From: Bacteroidales bacterium
GTDB taxonomy: Bacteria; Bacteroidota; Bacteroidia; Bacteroidales; UBA3824
Length of the DNA stretch: 64,000 bases
Direction of reading: 5' to 3'
Assembly: GCA_017964465.1 (NCBI GenBank)
Contig: JAGCRY010000126.1
Location: 1,524-65,523 of the forward strand
Both the position numbers and the translations under genes were made by a program. The notes beneath the pieces are model-generated. The model did not search any database. It saw only the letters and a program-made list of their open reading frames with translations, and was not told where the DNA came from. Positions 10,586-18,911 of this stretch are shown one piece after another. Every line of letters begins with the position of its first letter. Within the stretch, counting starts at the first letter, position 1.

Positions 10586-11858
10586 AGAGCTTTTGTGCAG
10601 TCTGTTTTTTAGTGAGTTGATCGACGCTGATTATGCCGTATGCGCAGTCGGCGTAGAGCGGGATGCGCTCTTGTAGCATGTTTTGAGCCACTTCAAGGCG
10701 GTTTTCACATTGGAGCAACGGGCGGTTGCTGACGTCGAGGCCGTCGATGCAATATGCCGCCGGAGCGTAGAGCCAGAGTGTGACGAAATTGTCACGGAGG
10801 ATTTGGCGGTTTGCCTCCTGTTTCACAGTGCCGCCGCCGCATGAAAGTATGATGTCAACCTCGTCTGCATATTCGAGCAGGAGGTCTGATTCTATTTTGC
10901 GGAAATAGTCCTCGCCCTTTTTCTCAAAAATCTCCGTAATCTTCATTCCCTCACGGCGTTCGAGTTCGTGGTCCATGTCGATGAAGCGGTAGTTGAGTTC
11001 GTAGGCGAGTTCGCGTCCGGCTGTGGTCTTGCCAACACCCATGAAACCCGTCAATGCTATACGGCCTTGATAATCAAGATGATAGTTGTCCAAAGCCTCA
11101 TACATCACTTCTGCGTCCACGTCGCTGCCCGTGAAAGTCTTGAACGCCGGAACTGCCTGATTTACAAGCCAATTTCTGCCCGAAAGGAAATGAAAACCGA
11201 TAGTCTGAGCCGGCTTTTCAAATATGGAGTTCTTATAATTTGCATCCAAAACCACATGGTCGGCGGTCAGTACGTTTGGGTCGAAAACTACCGCGCCCGC
11301 CGGCAATGCCTGTACGATTATCGGGAAGTTGTTTACAGTGGATGTGATGTGTTTGAGCGATGCTGTGAGGATGTTGTATTTATCTTTGAGGACGGCGATG
11401 GCTTCTTGGTTTCGTGCCGCCACAGTCACTTCAAGTCCGAGGTTTTGACCTGCAATTATCACTGCATTTGCCGCGCCGCCGGAGCCGATGACGAGCATTT
11501 TGCCCTTTTGGAGATAGTCGGGGAATTGTTTCAGTGTCAGCTCCACGCCCGTGATGTCGGTGTTGTCGCCCCAAAGTCCGTCTTCTTGGCGATATACGCA
11601 ATTCACCGCGTCGGCTTTTTTGGCGTTTTCGGTGAGGTGGTCGAGAAATGGGATGATTTCACGCTTGAAAGGTGCGGTTACGTTCATGCCCTTCATGTCG
11701 AGGGCGTTGAAAGTGTTGATGGCTTCCTGCGCCGAAGTCGCTGGCAGACGCAAGTATCTGTAAGGCAAGCCGTTGGTTTGTATGGCGGCATTCATGAGCA
11801 CTGGGCTGAGGCTATGGAGCGCTGGGTTGCCAGTGACCGCCATAATGTTAAGGTTCAT
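10554..11858 (-). CDS. aroE/aroK: Fused shikimate 5-dehydrogenase (N-terminal) and shikimate kinase (C-terminal)
   Basis: The N-terminal ~255 aa look like AroE (VTGNPALHSLSPVLMNAA, NVTAPFK, NTD, GSGGAANAV). The C-terminal ~165 aa look like AroK, with P-loop GFMGVGKTT followed by RFIDMD and GGG. It is one uninterrupted frame, and its 3' end overlaps the aroA start by 32 nt. Confidence 0.85.
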   Translation of the reverse strand: MNLNIMAVTGNPALHSLSPVLMNAAIQTNGLPYRYLRLPATSAQEAINTFNALDMKGMNVTAPFKREIIPFLDHLTENAKKADAVNCVYRQEDGLWGDNTDITGVELTLKQFPDYLQKGKMLVIGSGGAANAVIIAGQNLGLEVTVAARNQEAIAVLKDKYNILTASLKHITSTVNNFPIIVQALPAGAVVFDPNVLTADHVVLDANYKNSIFEKPAQTIGFHFLSGRNWLVNQAVPAFKTFTGSDVDAEVMYEALDNYHLDYQGRIALTGFMGVGKTTAGRELAYELNYRFIDMDHELERREGMKITEIFEKKGEDYFRKIESDLLLEYADEVDIILSCGGGTVKQEANRQILRDNFVTLWLYAPAAYCIDGLDVSNRPLLQCENRLEVAQNMLQERIPLYADCAYGIISVDQLTKKQTAQKLYEQIVDTFGI

Positions 11859-11859
11859 G

Positions 11860-12705
11860 TTATTTCTTTATTTCGTTGTGGTATTCCGCGAGCCGCTGAA
11901 TCGGCTTTTGGAGTATGGAGAAAATTGTTAGTCCGTGGAAACGTGCCGCGTCCTTCAGGATTTCGGCGAAATTGTAGGCTATGGAGCCGACAAAACCAAT
12001 GCTGAGGTTTTTGGGACGGTTTAGGCGGATGATGTTCCTGTTGAAAAACAGGTCGAACTCCGTCAGCACGATGTTGCGGAAGATGTTGTCACTGATGTGG
12101 TCGCTGATGAACGGGACAAGGCTCGCCAAAAATTGTGCGGGCGTCTCGCTGCGATACACTCCATAAATCACGTCGTCATATCCGAGCATACATTCACGCT
12201 CGAACATCTGACGGTAGGAGTCTGCGATTTCCCTTTTGTATATGGCGTTCACGAGCCTTTTGCCGATGCTTGCGCCGCTGCCTTCGTCGCCGAGGATGTA
12301 GCCCATCGGCGGGATGTGTTCGATGATTTCGCCGTCCACATAAACGCCTGAGTTGCATCCCGTTCCGAGAATTGCGGCTATGCCGTTGTCGGTTTTGAAA
12401 AGTGCGCGTCCCGCTCCCACGAGGTCGCTGTATGTATGAGTCTTTGCGGCGGGGAAAACTTTGGCGAGTATCTTGTTGACCTTGTCCGAAGGCTCGCCAC
12501 TGATGCACCCTGCGCCGTAAAAGAAAATTTCGTCTATTGTGGCGGGGTCAACATTACCCACGATTGCGCCTCTGATGGCGTTCTCCATCACGTCTTCGCT
12601 TGTGGTAATGGGATTGAACCCGTTGCCGGAGAAGATGTTGACGTTTGTGCCGTCAGATACCGCCCAGTCGCATTTTGTGGCTCCGCAGTCTGATATGAGG
12701 AACAT
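11860..12705 (-). CDS. BadF/BadG/BcrA/BcrD-type ATPase (N-acetylglucosamine kinase-like)
   Basis: N-terminal SDCGATKCDWAV and internal ILGTGCNS / GYILGDEGSG motifs belong to the ASKHA BadF-type kinase family. Its stop lies 1 nt from the aroE/K start. Confidence 0.7.
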   Translation of the reverse strand: MFLISDCGATKCDWAVSDGTNVNIFSGNGFNPITTSEDVMENAIRGAIVGNVDPATIDEIFFYGAGCISGEPSDKVNKILAKVFPAAKTHTYSDLVGAGRALFKTDNGIAAILGTGCNSGVYVDGEIIEHIPPMGYILGDEGSGASIGKRLVNAIYKREIADSYRQMFERECMLGYDDVIYGVYRSETPAQFLASLVPFISDHISDNIFRNIVLTEFDLFFNRNIIRLNRPKNLSIGFVGSIAYNFAEILKDAARFHGLTIFSILQKPIQRLAEYHNEIKK

Positions 12706-12769
12706 TTTATTTTACGATTTGAATATGTTTGTTGTCGGGGGCTAATTTACAATAGTTTTTTGTAATGTG

Positions 12770-12777
12770 CAAATATA
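12770..12777 (-). promoter_or_regulatory. -7 promoter box TATATTTG (minus strand) for the BadF-aro-mrd gene string
   Basis: The reverse complement of caaatata matches TAnnTTTG, ~64 nt upstream of ATG 12705. Confidence 0.4.
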
Positions 12778-12807
12778 TTTTTGTCATGAAGTTCTCATTC
12801 GTTTTTA

Positions 12808-15800
12808 TCATGAAATTCTCAGTCCCATTATTGTTATGTCGTCGCGCTGTTCCACGCCTTCCATGAACTCGTCAATGGTCTCCTCGATGGTCTGTTTCTG
12901 ACCTTTCATTTCGAGTTTGCTGACGTATTCAATGGTTTTCACAAACCTCACTCTGCCGAAACGCTTTCTGTCCTTGTTGTTCTGGTCGATGATGCCGTCG
13001 GAGGTCATGTAGATAGCGTCGCCAGGGTTTGCCGTGAGGCTGTGGCGTGTGAAGGTCTTGTCCTTGATGTTGTTAAATCCGCCAATCGACATACGGTCGG
13101 CGGCGATTGTTTCAACCTCGTTTGTCTCTGATTTATAATGATATAACGAGTTTTTCGCGCCGGCATATACAATGTTGCGGTATTTCCCATCCTCGTCGCG
13201 GTCAAAGCGGCATAAAGCCATGTCGAGTCCGTCGTCATTGCCGTTTTTCTGCTGGTTTAGGGCGTTGACGATTTCTTTGTCGAGGTTTGAGAGGATTTGC
13301 TCGGGTTCATAGAGCTTGTTGCGGATGATGAGGTCGTTCAAAAGGATGTTGCTAATGAGCGACATGAACGCGCCAGGCACGCCGTGCCCCGTGCAGTCGA
13401 TTACGGCGGCAAAGATTTTTTCGGGTTTCGTCCTGTCTGAGCCTATGGTCTTGAACCAATAGAAATCGCCGCTCACAATGTCTTTCGGGCGGAAAATCAC
13501 CATCGCGTTGAAGTATTTGTTTATGAAGTTTTCATGCGCGAGGATTGCGTCCTGAATGGTTTTTGCGTAGCGTATGGAGCCGTTTATTGCGTTGTTTTTG
13601 ATTTGGAGCTGGTGGTAGTCCTTGGCTTTTTCGAGCGCGATGCTCAGGTATGAAGCCATCATTCGGATGTTTGCGCGGTCGGATGTTGAGTATTTTCCTT
13701 CGGCGAAACATCCAATGGTCACGATGCCGTTTGCACGCGACGCCTCGCGTAGTGGAATGACGAACAACGTGCCGAGGGTCTTGTCTTCAATTGTGTGGAA
13801 GAGGGAATTTTCAGTGCCTGTGTAGGAGTCTTCGTTTGAATTGAAACACAAAGCCTCAGTCGTCTCGCTTGTTATGTCCGTGGATTGCGGCGGCATCTGC
13901 TGCCCCTCAAAGTATATGTAATCGAACTCGAGCGCGTTTTTGGACGGACTGTATTTGCCGACCGCCATGAGGTCCATCTTTGTAACCATCTTGATGTGGT
14001 TGTAGGCGGTTGTGATGATTGTGGCGGTGTCGAATGAACTTGTAATCTGACGGCTCAAGTCGTTGAGTATGAGGGTGCTGTTGAGCGATTTTTCAACCTC
14101 CTCTTTTTGGATTTCGAGCGATACATTAGCCATCACGAGGTCTTCAGTGCGTTTCTTGACGGTCAGTTCGAGGTTTCGTTGGCGTTGGAGCGTTGAGCGG
14201 TTTCTCATCCTTCCAAATGCCACTATCGTCGCCAGGGCTGCTAAAATGGCAAGTCCAATCATCAACGGATGTCGCCACAGCGGACGTTCAACAATGATTT
14301 TCAGCGGTCTTACGTCCGATTCCACGCCGTCGGCGTTGCGGCATTTTATGAGGAATACATACTCGCCGTAGTCGAGGTTTGTGAAAACAGCCTCGTGGCG
14401 CGAGCCTATGTCTGTCCACTTGTCTTCATAGCCTCTCAGCATGTAGGAATAGCGGTTTCCAGCTTCGCCGAGATAGTTGAGGGTTGTGAATTGGATTATG
14501 ATGGTTTTTCCACGTTTGCTGTCGAGGACGATTTGGTCGGTGGCTTCGGGCGCTTTGTCACTGAGGATTGTGTCGAGTTGACGCTGGTTTTTTTCATTGT
14601 CATCATATTCGAGCATCAGCCTTGTGATTGTTGGCGGGGGGAGATTGAAGTCGATTCGGATGTCGGTTGGGGTGAAGTATGTGAAGCCGTTGGACGCTCC
14701 AAAATACATTATGCCGTCCTTGTCCTTGTGGGCGGCGTGTTGCAGGAAATTGTCGGCAAGAAGCCCGTCCGAGGAATGGTATGTCCTTACGACACGTCCG
14801 GTCTCAGGGTTGAATTTTGAGATGCCGTTTGCCGTGGAGATCCACAGACAATCTGTGCGGTCGTCGGAGAGTATGCCTTGTATGACGTCGCTGAGCAGAC
14901 CGCAGTCTGTGTCGTAGGTTTTGAAAGTGCCTTTTGTTGGGTCAAACAAGTCGAATCCGGCGTTTGTAGCCACCCAAATTCTCTGTTTTGCATCAATGCA
15001 GAAATGCACAACCCAATTGTGGCTGAGGGTTGTGGAGTCGTCATCGTTGCTTTCGTAGTTTGTATATGTTTGTTTTTCAGGGTCGTAGATTGACATGCCG
15101 TTTGTAGTGCCAATGAGGATTTTCCCAAAATGTTCGGCGAGCGTGATGCCCCATACACTTGCAATCGACGAGCCGTCCGCCCCTTGGTTGACGTTTCGGA
15201 ATTTGCCTTTTGCGGGGTCTTCGAGAAGATACAATCCTTCGCCGTTTGTCAACACCCAGACGCGGTTTTTCGTGTCGCATAGGATTGCGACGGTGTGGTC
15301 GCTATGGAGCGCGTCAGGATTGTTGCGGTCGATTTTGTATTCGTCTATGGTTTTAAGGTCGGGGTGTATGCGTGTCAGGCTGCGGTTATAGCCGCCGTTG
15401 TAGCAATATCCTTTTTGGTCGAACGCTATGGCATGTACCGACGACATTACAATCCTACCGTTCTTGGTTTCTTTGGTGTCGAACGTGGCGAGTGGCGTCG
15501 GGCTGCCTTTGCGCCAGAATGTGATGCCGCCGCCGTAGGAGCCGATTGCAATCGTGTCGCCGTGGGAGTCGAATGAAGAAATGAACCTTTTTTCGGGTAT
15601 CACGGTTGATGATGTGCAGTTGGCGTTATGGAACACCTTGCATGGTTTTAATGTGGTGTAAGACAGACCTTTCCATGTGCCGAACCACAACAGCCCCTGA
15701 TTGTCTTCACAGATGTCGGACGTGGTGGGGGAGTTGATGCTGAAAGACGAGCGGGAGGGGGAGGCCTCCACTTTTTGCAGCGTTTTTGTCGTAAAGTTAT

Positions 15801-16719
15801 ACGTGAAAAGTCCTGTGCTCATCGTTCCAATCCACAGTGTGCCCTGACTGTCCTTGAAAAGGCTTCGGGTGTCATGGGCGGGGAGGATATTGAGGTTTTG
15901 GGCGTCGAGGTCGTGGAACTTGTTATTTTTTTCGTCATAGACAATCAGTCCGTTGTCGCCGCCAAAAAAATATTCACCTTTGCCGTTGTCGAGGAAGCAG
16001 TTACTGCCTTTTGTTGGCGTGCGGTCGCCGAGGTCACCGCATGGTATCGAGAGGAGCGTTTCGCCGTTGATGTCAACCTTAAAGATTGTATTTTCTTTTT
16101 CTGACAGCATCCAGAAACAGTCCGAGGAGTCCTTGTGGCAGTAGCGGATTTCATGGTTGTGGAAAAAAGTCGAGAAAGCCGGTTTGAATGATTTTTCCTC
16201 GCTGTCATATTTATGGAGTCCGTGGTATTGAGAAAAGTAATATATGTGGTTTCCATTATCCATGAAAAGGTTGTCAGCCTGGTAGCTGTTGTTGTTTACA
16301 GTGCCGACAGAGCCATGCCGTGGAATGTAGGAGAAGCGGTCTGTGTAAATGTCGAATTTTGAGACGCCCTTTTCGGTGGCAATCCACACATTTCCGTCTG
16401 CATCCCGTCTGATGTCCGCCACGGAATTTCCAATCGCCGTGTTGAGGTTCCCTTTGTTTTTCGAGGATGACATTTGGACAAATGAAAGCCCGTCATAACG
16501 CTCCAGACCGGTCTTTGTGCCAATCCATATATACCCGAAGGCATCCGCCTCGATGCAAGTAACGACCTCGTTGTTCATGCCGTTTTGCTCGTCGATGGTA
16601 TGGAACATAATCTCGTCCTGCGCCCGTGAGCCGGTAGAGGCTAACGTCGCAATTATTAAAGCGATGATTGATATTATATTGGTTTTCAAATGTGTCATTG
16701 TCATAAATCTCCTTCCCAC
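12808..16719 (-). CDS. Periplasmic beta-propeller/Y_Y_Y sensor with TM, GAF and PP2C-type (SpoIIE) phosphatase domains
   Basis: Signal sequence, then many two-component-regulator propeller repeats (GLxxYD, WIGT, GLxxF). Next come a Y_Y_Y-type Ig region (RYSYMLRGYEDKWTDIG..YVFLIK), one TM helix (LMIGLAILAALATIVAF), a coiled coil and a GAF-like block. The C-terminal SpoIIE motifs are VSGDFYWF, DCTGHGVPGAFMS, DGLDMALC and TSDGIIDQ. Confidence 0.8.
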   Translation of the reverse strand: MGRRFMTMTHLKTNIISIIALIIATLASTGSRAQDEIMFHTIDEQNGMNNEVVTCIEADAFGYIWIGTKTGLERYDGLSFVQMSSSKNKGNLNTAIGNSVADIRRDADGNVWIATEKGVSKFDIYTDRFSYIPRHGSVGTVNNNSYQADNLFMDNGNHIYYFSQYHGLHKYDSEEKSFKPAFSTFFHNHEIRYCHKDSSDCFWMLSEKENTIFKVDINGETLLSIPCGDLGDRTPTKGSNCFLDNGKGEYFFGGDNGLIVYDEKNNKFHDLDAQNLNILPAHDTRSLFKDSQGTLWIGTMSTGLFTYNFTTKTLQKVEASPSRSSFSINSPTTSDICEDNQGLLWFGTWKGLSYTTLKPCKVFHNANCTSSTVIPEKRFISSFDSHGDTIAIGSYGGGITFWRKGSPTPLATFDTKETKNGRIVMSSVHAIAFDQKGYCYNGGYNRSLTRIHPDLKTIDEYKIDRNNPDALHSDHTVAILCDTKNRVWVLTNGEGLYLLEDPAKGKFRNVNQGADGSSIASVWGITLAEHFGKILIGTTNGMSIYDPEKQTYTNYESNDDDSTTLSHNWVVHFCIDAKQRIWVATNAGFDLFDPTKGTFKTYDTDCGLLSDVIQGILSDDRTDCLWISTANGISKFNPETGRVVRTYHSSDGLLADNFLQHAAHKDKDGIMYFGASNGFTYFTPTDIRIDFNLPPPTITRLMLEYDDNEKNQRQLDTILSDKAPEATDQIVLDSKRGKTIIIQFTTLNYLGEAGNRYSYMLRGYEDKWTDIGSRHEAVFTNLDYGEYVFLIKCRNADGVESDVRPLKIIVERPLWRHPLMIGLAILAALATIVAFGRMRNRSTLQRQRNLELTVKKRTEDLVMANVSLEIQKEEVEKSLNSTLILNDLSRQITSSFDTATIITTAYNHIKMVTKMDLMAVGKYSPSKNALEFDYIYFEGQQMPPQSTDITSETTEALCFNSNEDSYTGTENSLFHTIEDKTLGTLFVIPLREASRANGIVTIGCFAEGKYSTSDRANIRMMASYLSIALEKAKDYHQLQIKNNAINGSIRYAKTIQDAILAHENFINKYFNAMVIFRPKDIVSGDFYWFKTIGSDRTKPEKIFAAVIDCTGHGVPGAFMSLISNILLNDLIIRNKLYEPEQILSNLDKEIVNALNQQKNGNDDGLDMALCRFDRDEDGKYRNIVYAGAKNSLYHYKSETNEVETIAADRMSIGGFNNIKDKTFTRHSLTANPGDAIYMTSDGIIDQNNKDRKRFGRVRFVKTIEYVSKLEMKGQKQTIEETIDEFMEGVEQRDDITIMGLRIS

Positions 16720-16767
16720 AAAGGTACATCAAATCTTTCAAAAACCGTACAAAAATCGCAATTATTT

Positions 16768-17646
16768 TTAATTTTTTTTATTGCAGAGATATACGCCCGC
16801 CACTGTGATTATGCAGCCGATGATTGCATAGATCGTGATATTCTCGTCGAGGGTTATGTGGGCGGTGATGAGAGCCACTACTGGATTGAAATAGAGATAG
16901 TTAGAGGCAGTGACGATGCCGAGCCGTCGAGACACGAAACTCCATGCAAAATAGCATCCGAGCGACGCCACGAGCGCAAGGAAAATCACATTAAAAATCA
17001 CCACGCTGTCCCCTAAAATAGCCATGTCAATGTCGAAGGGTTCATATATGAAATATGGCAGAATTGTGATGACGCCCCATAAAAACACTTTCCTCGTGAT
17101 TTCGAGAGAGCCGTGCTTTTGTTCCTGAATCCTTAATAAAGTTGAATACACGCTCCAGCTCAATGCCGCAGCGATGCTGAGAATGATGACAAGCGGGTTG
17201 TCGTCGAGGACGAAAATGCCATTGAACACCACAAGCGCAGTGCCCACAATCGCCGTCACGGAGCCCAATGCAAATTTTTTCCCGAGTTTTTCATTTCGCC
17301 AAATCAGGCGGCTGATGATGGCGGTCAGTATTGGGTTTGCGCATACGATGAGCGCGACGGTCGAGGTCGCGGATGTGATTTCTACGGCGATGTTCTCAGT
17401 GACGAAATACAACGACCCGCCAGTTATGCCGAGGGCGATGAAGATAAGCTCGTCCCTCCATCCTGAAAACTTTATGTTACGCAGACAGAAAGGCAGCATT
17501 GCGAGATACGCCACTGCAAACCTAATCGTCATAATCTCCGCCGGTGACATTCCGGCGTTAAGGAGCACTTTGCTCGATGCAAATGTAGAGCCCCATACTA
17601 TTGATACCGCAAGCGCAAACAGGTGAAGCGGCCATTTTTTTGACAT
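16768..17646 (-). CDS. DMT-superfamily (EamA-type) transporter
   Basis: Ten predicted TM helices in two EamA-like halves, 292 aa. Confidence 0.8.
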   Translation of the reverse strand: MSKKWPLHLFALAVSIVWGSTFASSKVLLNAGMSPAEIMTIRFAVAYLAMLPFCLRNIKFSGWRDELIFIALGITGGSLYFVTENIAVEITSATSTVALIVCANPILTAIISRLIWRNEKLGKKFALGSVTAIVGTALVVFNGIFVLDDNPLVIILSIAAALSWSVYSTLLRIQEQKHGSLEITRKVFLWGVITILPYFIYEPFDIDMAILGDSVVIFNVIFLALVASLGCYFAWSFVSRRLGIVTASNYLYFNPVVALITAHITLDENITIYAIIGCIITVAGVYLCNKKN

Positions 17647-17818
17647 GGAGTTTATTGTTTGGATTAATAAATTTTGAGCGCAAAGGTAGTGATTGGCAAG
17701 GAAATGATAAAATTTATTCTACGAGTTTGCCATAAGAAATTCTCTTATTTTGTAGCCGAAGTATGAAAAATTAACATTCTTTAACTCTGGTTGCGGTTTC
17801 ATTTGACAAAATATGCTA

Positions 17819-17826
17819 TAACTTTG
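17819..17826 (+). promoter_or_regulatory. -7 promoter box TAACTTTG for the aromatic leader and operon
   Basis: Matches TAnnTTTG, 24 nt upstream of the leader-peptide ATG. It is flanked by the inverted repeat GGTTGC...GCAACC. Confidence 0.45.
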
Positions 17827-17849
17827 CAACCGCATAAAAAAGCAAAAGA

Positions 17850-17921
17850 ATGAACACAATATTTGGAACATATTATTACGGCTTTTACTTTGCTTACTTT
17901 GGCGACGAGGTGAGGCGGTAA
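17850..17921 (+). CDS. Phe/Tyr-rich leader peptide MNTIFGTYYYGFYFAYFGDEVRR (23 aa)
   Basis: My own translation of ATG 17850 to TAA 17919-17921. Nine of 13 residues between positions 5 and 17 are F or Y. It sits between a promoter box and a terminator hairpin, upstream of pheA and tyrA. Confidence 0.65.
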   Translation: MNTIFGTYYYGFYFAYFGDEVRR

Positions 17922-17960
17922 TTTATTGTTTCAAGTAAAAAAAGATACGACAATAGAACG

Positions 17961-17997
17961 AAAGCCTCACCTTAGAGATAAGGTGAGGCTTTTTTAT
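17961..17997 (+). terminator. Attenuator terminator hairpin (14-bp stem, GAGA loop, U-run)
   Basis: aaagcctcacctta-gaga-taaggtgaggcttt followed by ttttatt. The 9-mer AGGTGAGGC of the 3' arm also occurs at 17908-17916, inside the end of the leader ORF, so it can pair alternatively with GCCTCACCT (17964-17972). Confidence 0.75.
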
Positions 17998-18015
17998 TAC
18001 AAACACATTATAAAT

Positions 18016-18882
18016 ATGAAAGTAGCAATTCAAGGAGTCAAGGGCGCGTTCCACGAGGTGGCGGCGCGTGAATATTTCTCCGACAAGGACATCGACATCG
18101 TGGAGAAGATGACATTCGAGGAAGTTTTGAACAGTGTCGAAAACTGTGAAAACGACTACGGCCTCATTGCCATTGAAAACACCATTGCCGGCACAATCCA
18201 CGCCAACCTCAATCTCCTCAGACGCAAGGAAGTGCGCATCTGTGGCGAGATTTTCTTGCGCATCAGGCAGAACCTTGCAGTCGTTCCGGGTGTGAAAATC
18301 GAGGATCTCGAAGAAGTCCGCAGCCATTATATGGCAATCAACCAGACGAGGCAGTTTTTCCGCCAGTATCCCCACATCAAACTCGCCGAATGTCCCGACA
18401 CAGCCCTCGGTATGCGCCAGGTTGCGGAGGGCAAACTCAAAACCGTAGGTGCGATTGGCAGCACGCTCGCCGCTAAAAACTACGGTCTCGAAATCATCGC
18501 TCCGGGTATTGAAACTTTCAAGAAGAACTACACGCGCTTCATGGTCGTCAAGAACGCGATGGACAGCGGTCTCGAAGAATACAACAAGGCGTCGCTCAAC
18601 CTCATTCTGAAAAACAAAGTCGGCAGCCTCGCCCAAATCCTCAGCATCATGTCATACTATGACGTCGATTTGACAAAGGTTGAATCCATGCCGATCATGG
18701 GACAGCCGATGCAGTATATGTTCTACGTTGATGTGAAGTTCAGCGACCGCAAACAGTATCAGGACATGATAACAGCCATCCGCCCGCTTCTCAACAAAAT
18801 CCACATCCTCGGCGAATACATGGAAGGCTCAAAATCATGGGAAAAGATGCACGGCGACGACGACAAAACAACAAATCAGTAA
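18016..18882 (+). CDS. pheA: Prephenate dehydratase (PDT plus ACT domain)
   Basis: MKVAIQGVKGAFHEVAAREYF..., ENTIAGTI, and a C-terminal ACT-like block (SL..ILKNKVGSLAQILSI). ATG 18016 is preferred over track start 17926, which would read through the terminator hairpin. Confidence 0.9.
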   Translation: MKVAIQGVKGAFHEVAAREYFSDKDIDIVEKMTFEEVLNSVENCENDYGLIAIENTIAGTIHANLNLLRRKEVRICGEIFLRIRQNLAVVPGVKIEDLEEVRSHYMAINQTRQFFRQYPHIKLAECPDTALGMRQVAEGKLKTVGAIGSTLAAKNYGLEIIAPGIETFKKNYTRFMVVKNAMDSGLEEYNKASLNLILKNKVGSLAQILSIMSYYDVDLTKVESMPIMGQPMQYMFYVDVKFSDRKQYQDMITAIRPLLNKIHILGEYMEGSKSWEKMHGDDDKTTNQ

Positions 18883-18911
18883 ATCACAAATCACCAAATC
18901 AATAAATAAAA
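18880..18911 (+). repeat. G-free heptamer tract (AAATCAC-like) between pheA and tyrA
   Basis: taaatcacaaatcaccaaatcaataaataaaa contains no G and runs from the pheA stop to the tyrA GTG start. Confidence 0.85.

Noticed and set aside
10968-12005. 345-aa plus-strand ORF antisense to aroE/aroK and the BadF-type gene. Similar long antisense ORFs lie at 17923..18636, 19649..20266, 38249..38872, 46165..46686, 56359..57153, 59629..60624 and 60683..61309.
   Set aside because: Each lies entirely opposite a gene with strong family motifs. Their translations are low-information (rich in V/F/H/D/E/R, no motifs, no signal peptides or TM patterns). Long stop-free antisense frames are expected opposite genes with this codon bias.
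12785-12825. Direct repeat tcatgaagttctca / tcatgaaattctca spanning the stop codon of the 1303-aa sensor gene.
   Set aside because: There are only two short imperfect copies, and I could support no associated structure or coding consequence. It is probably a chance or local duplication.
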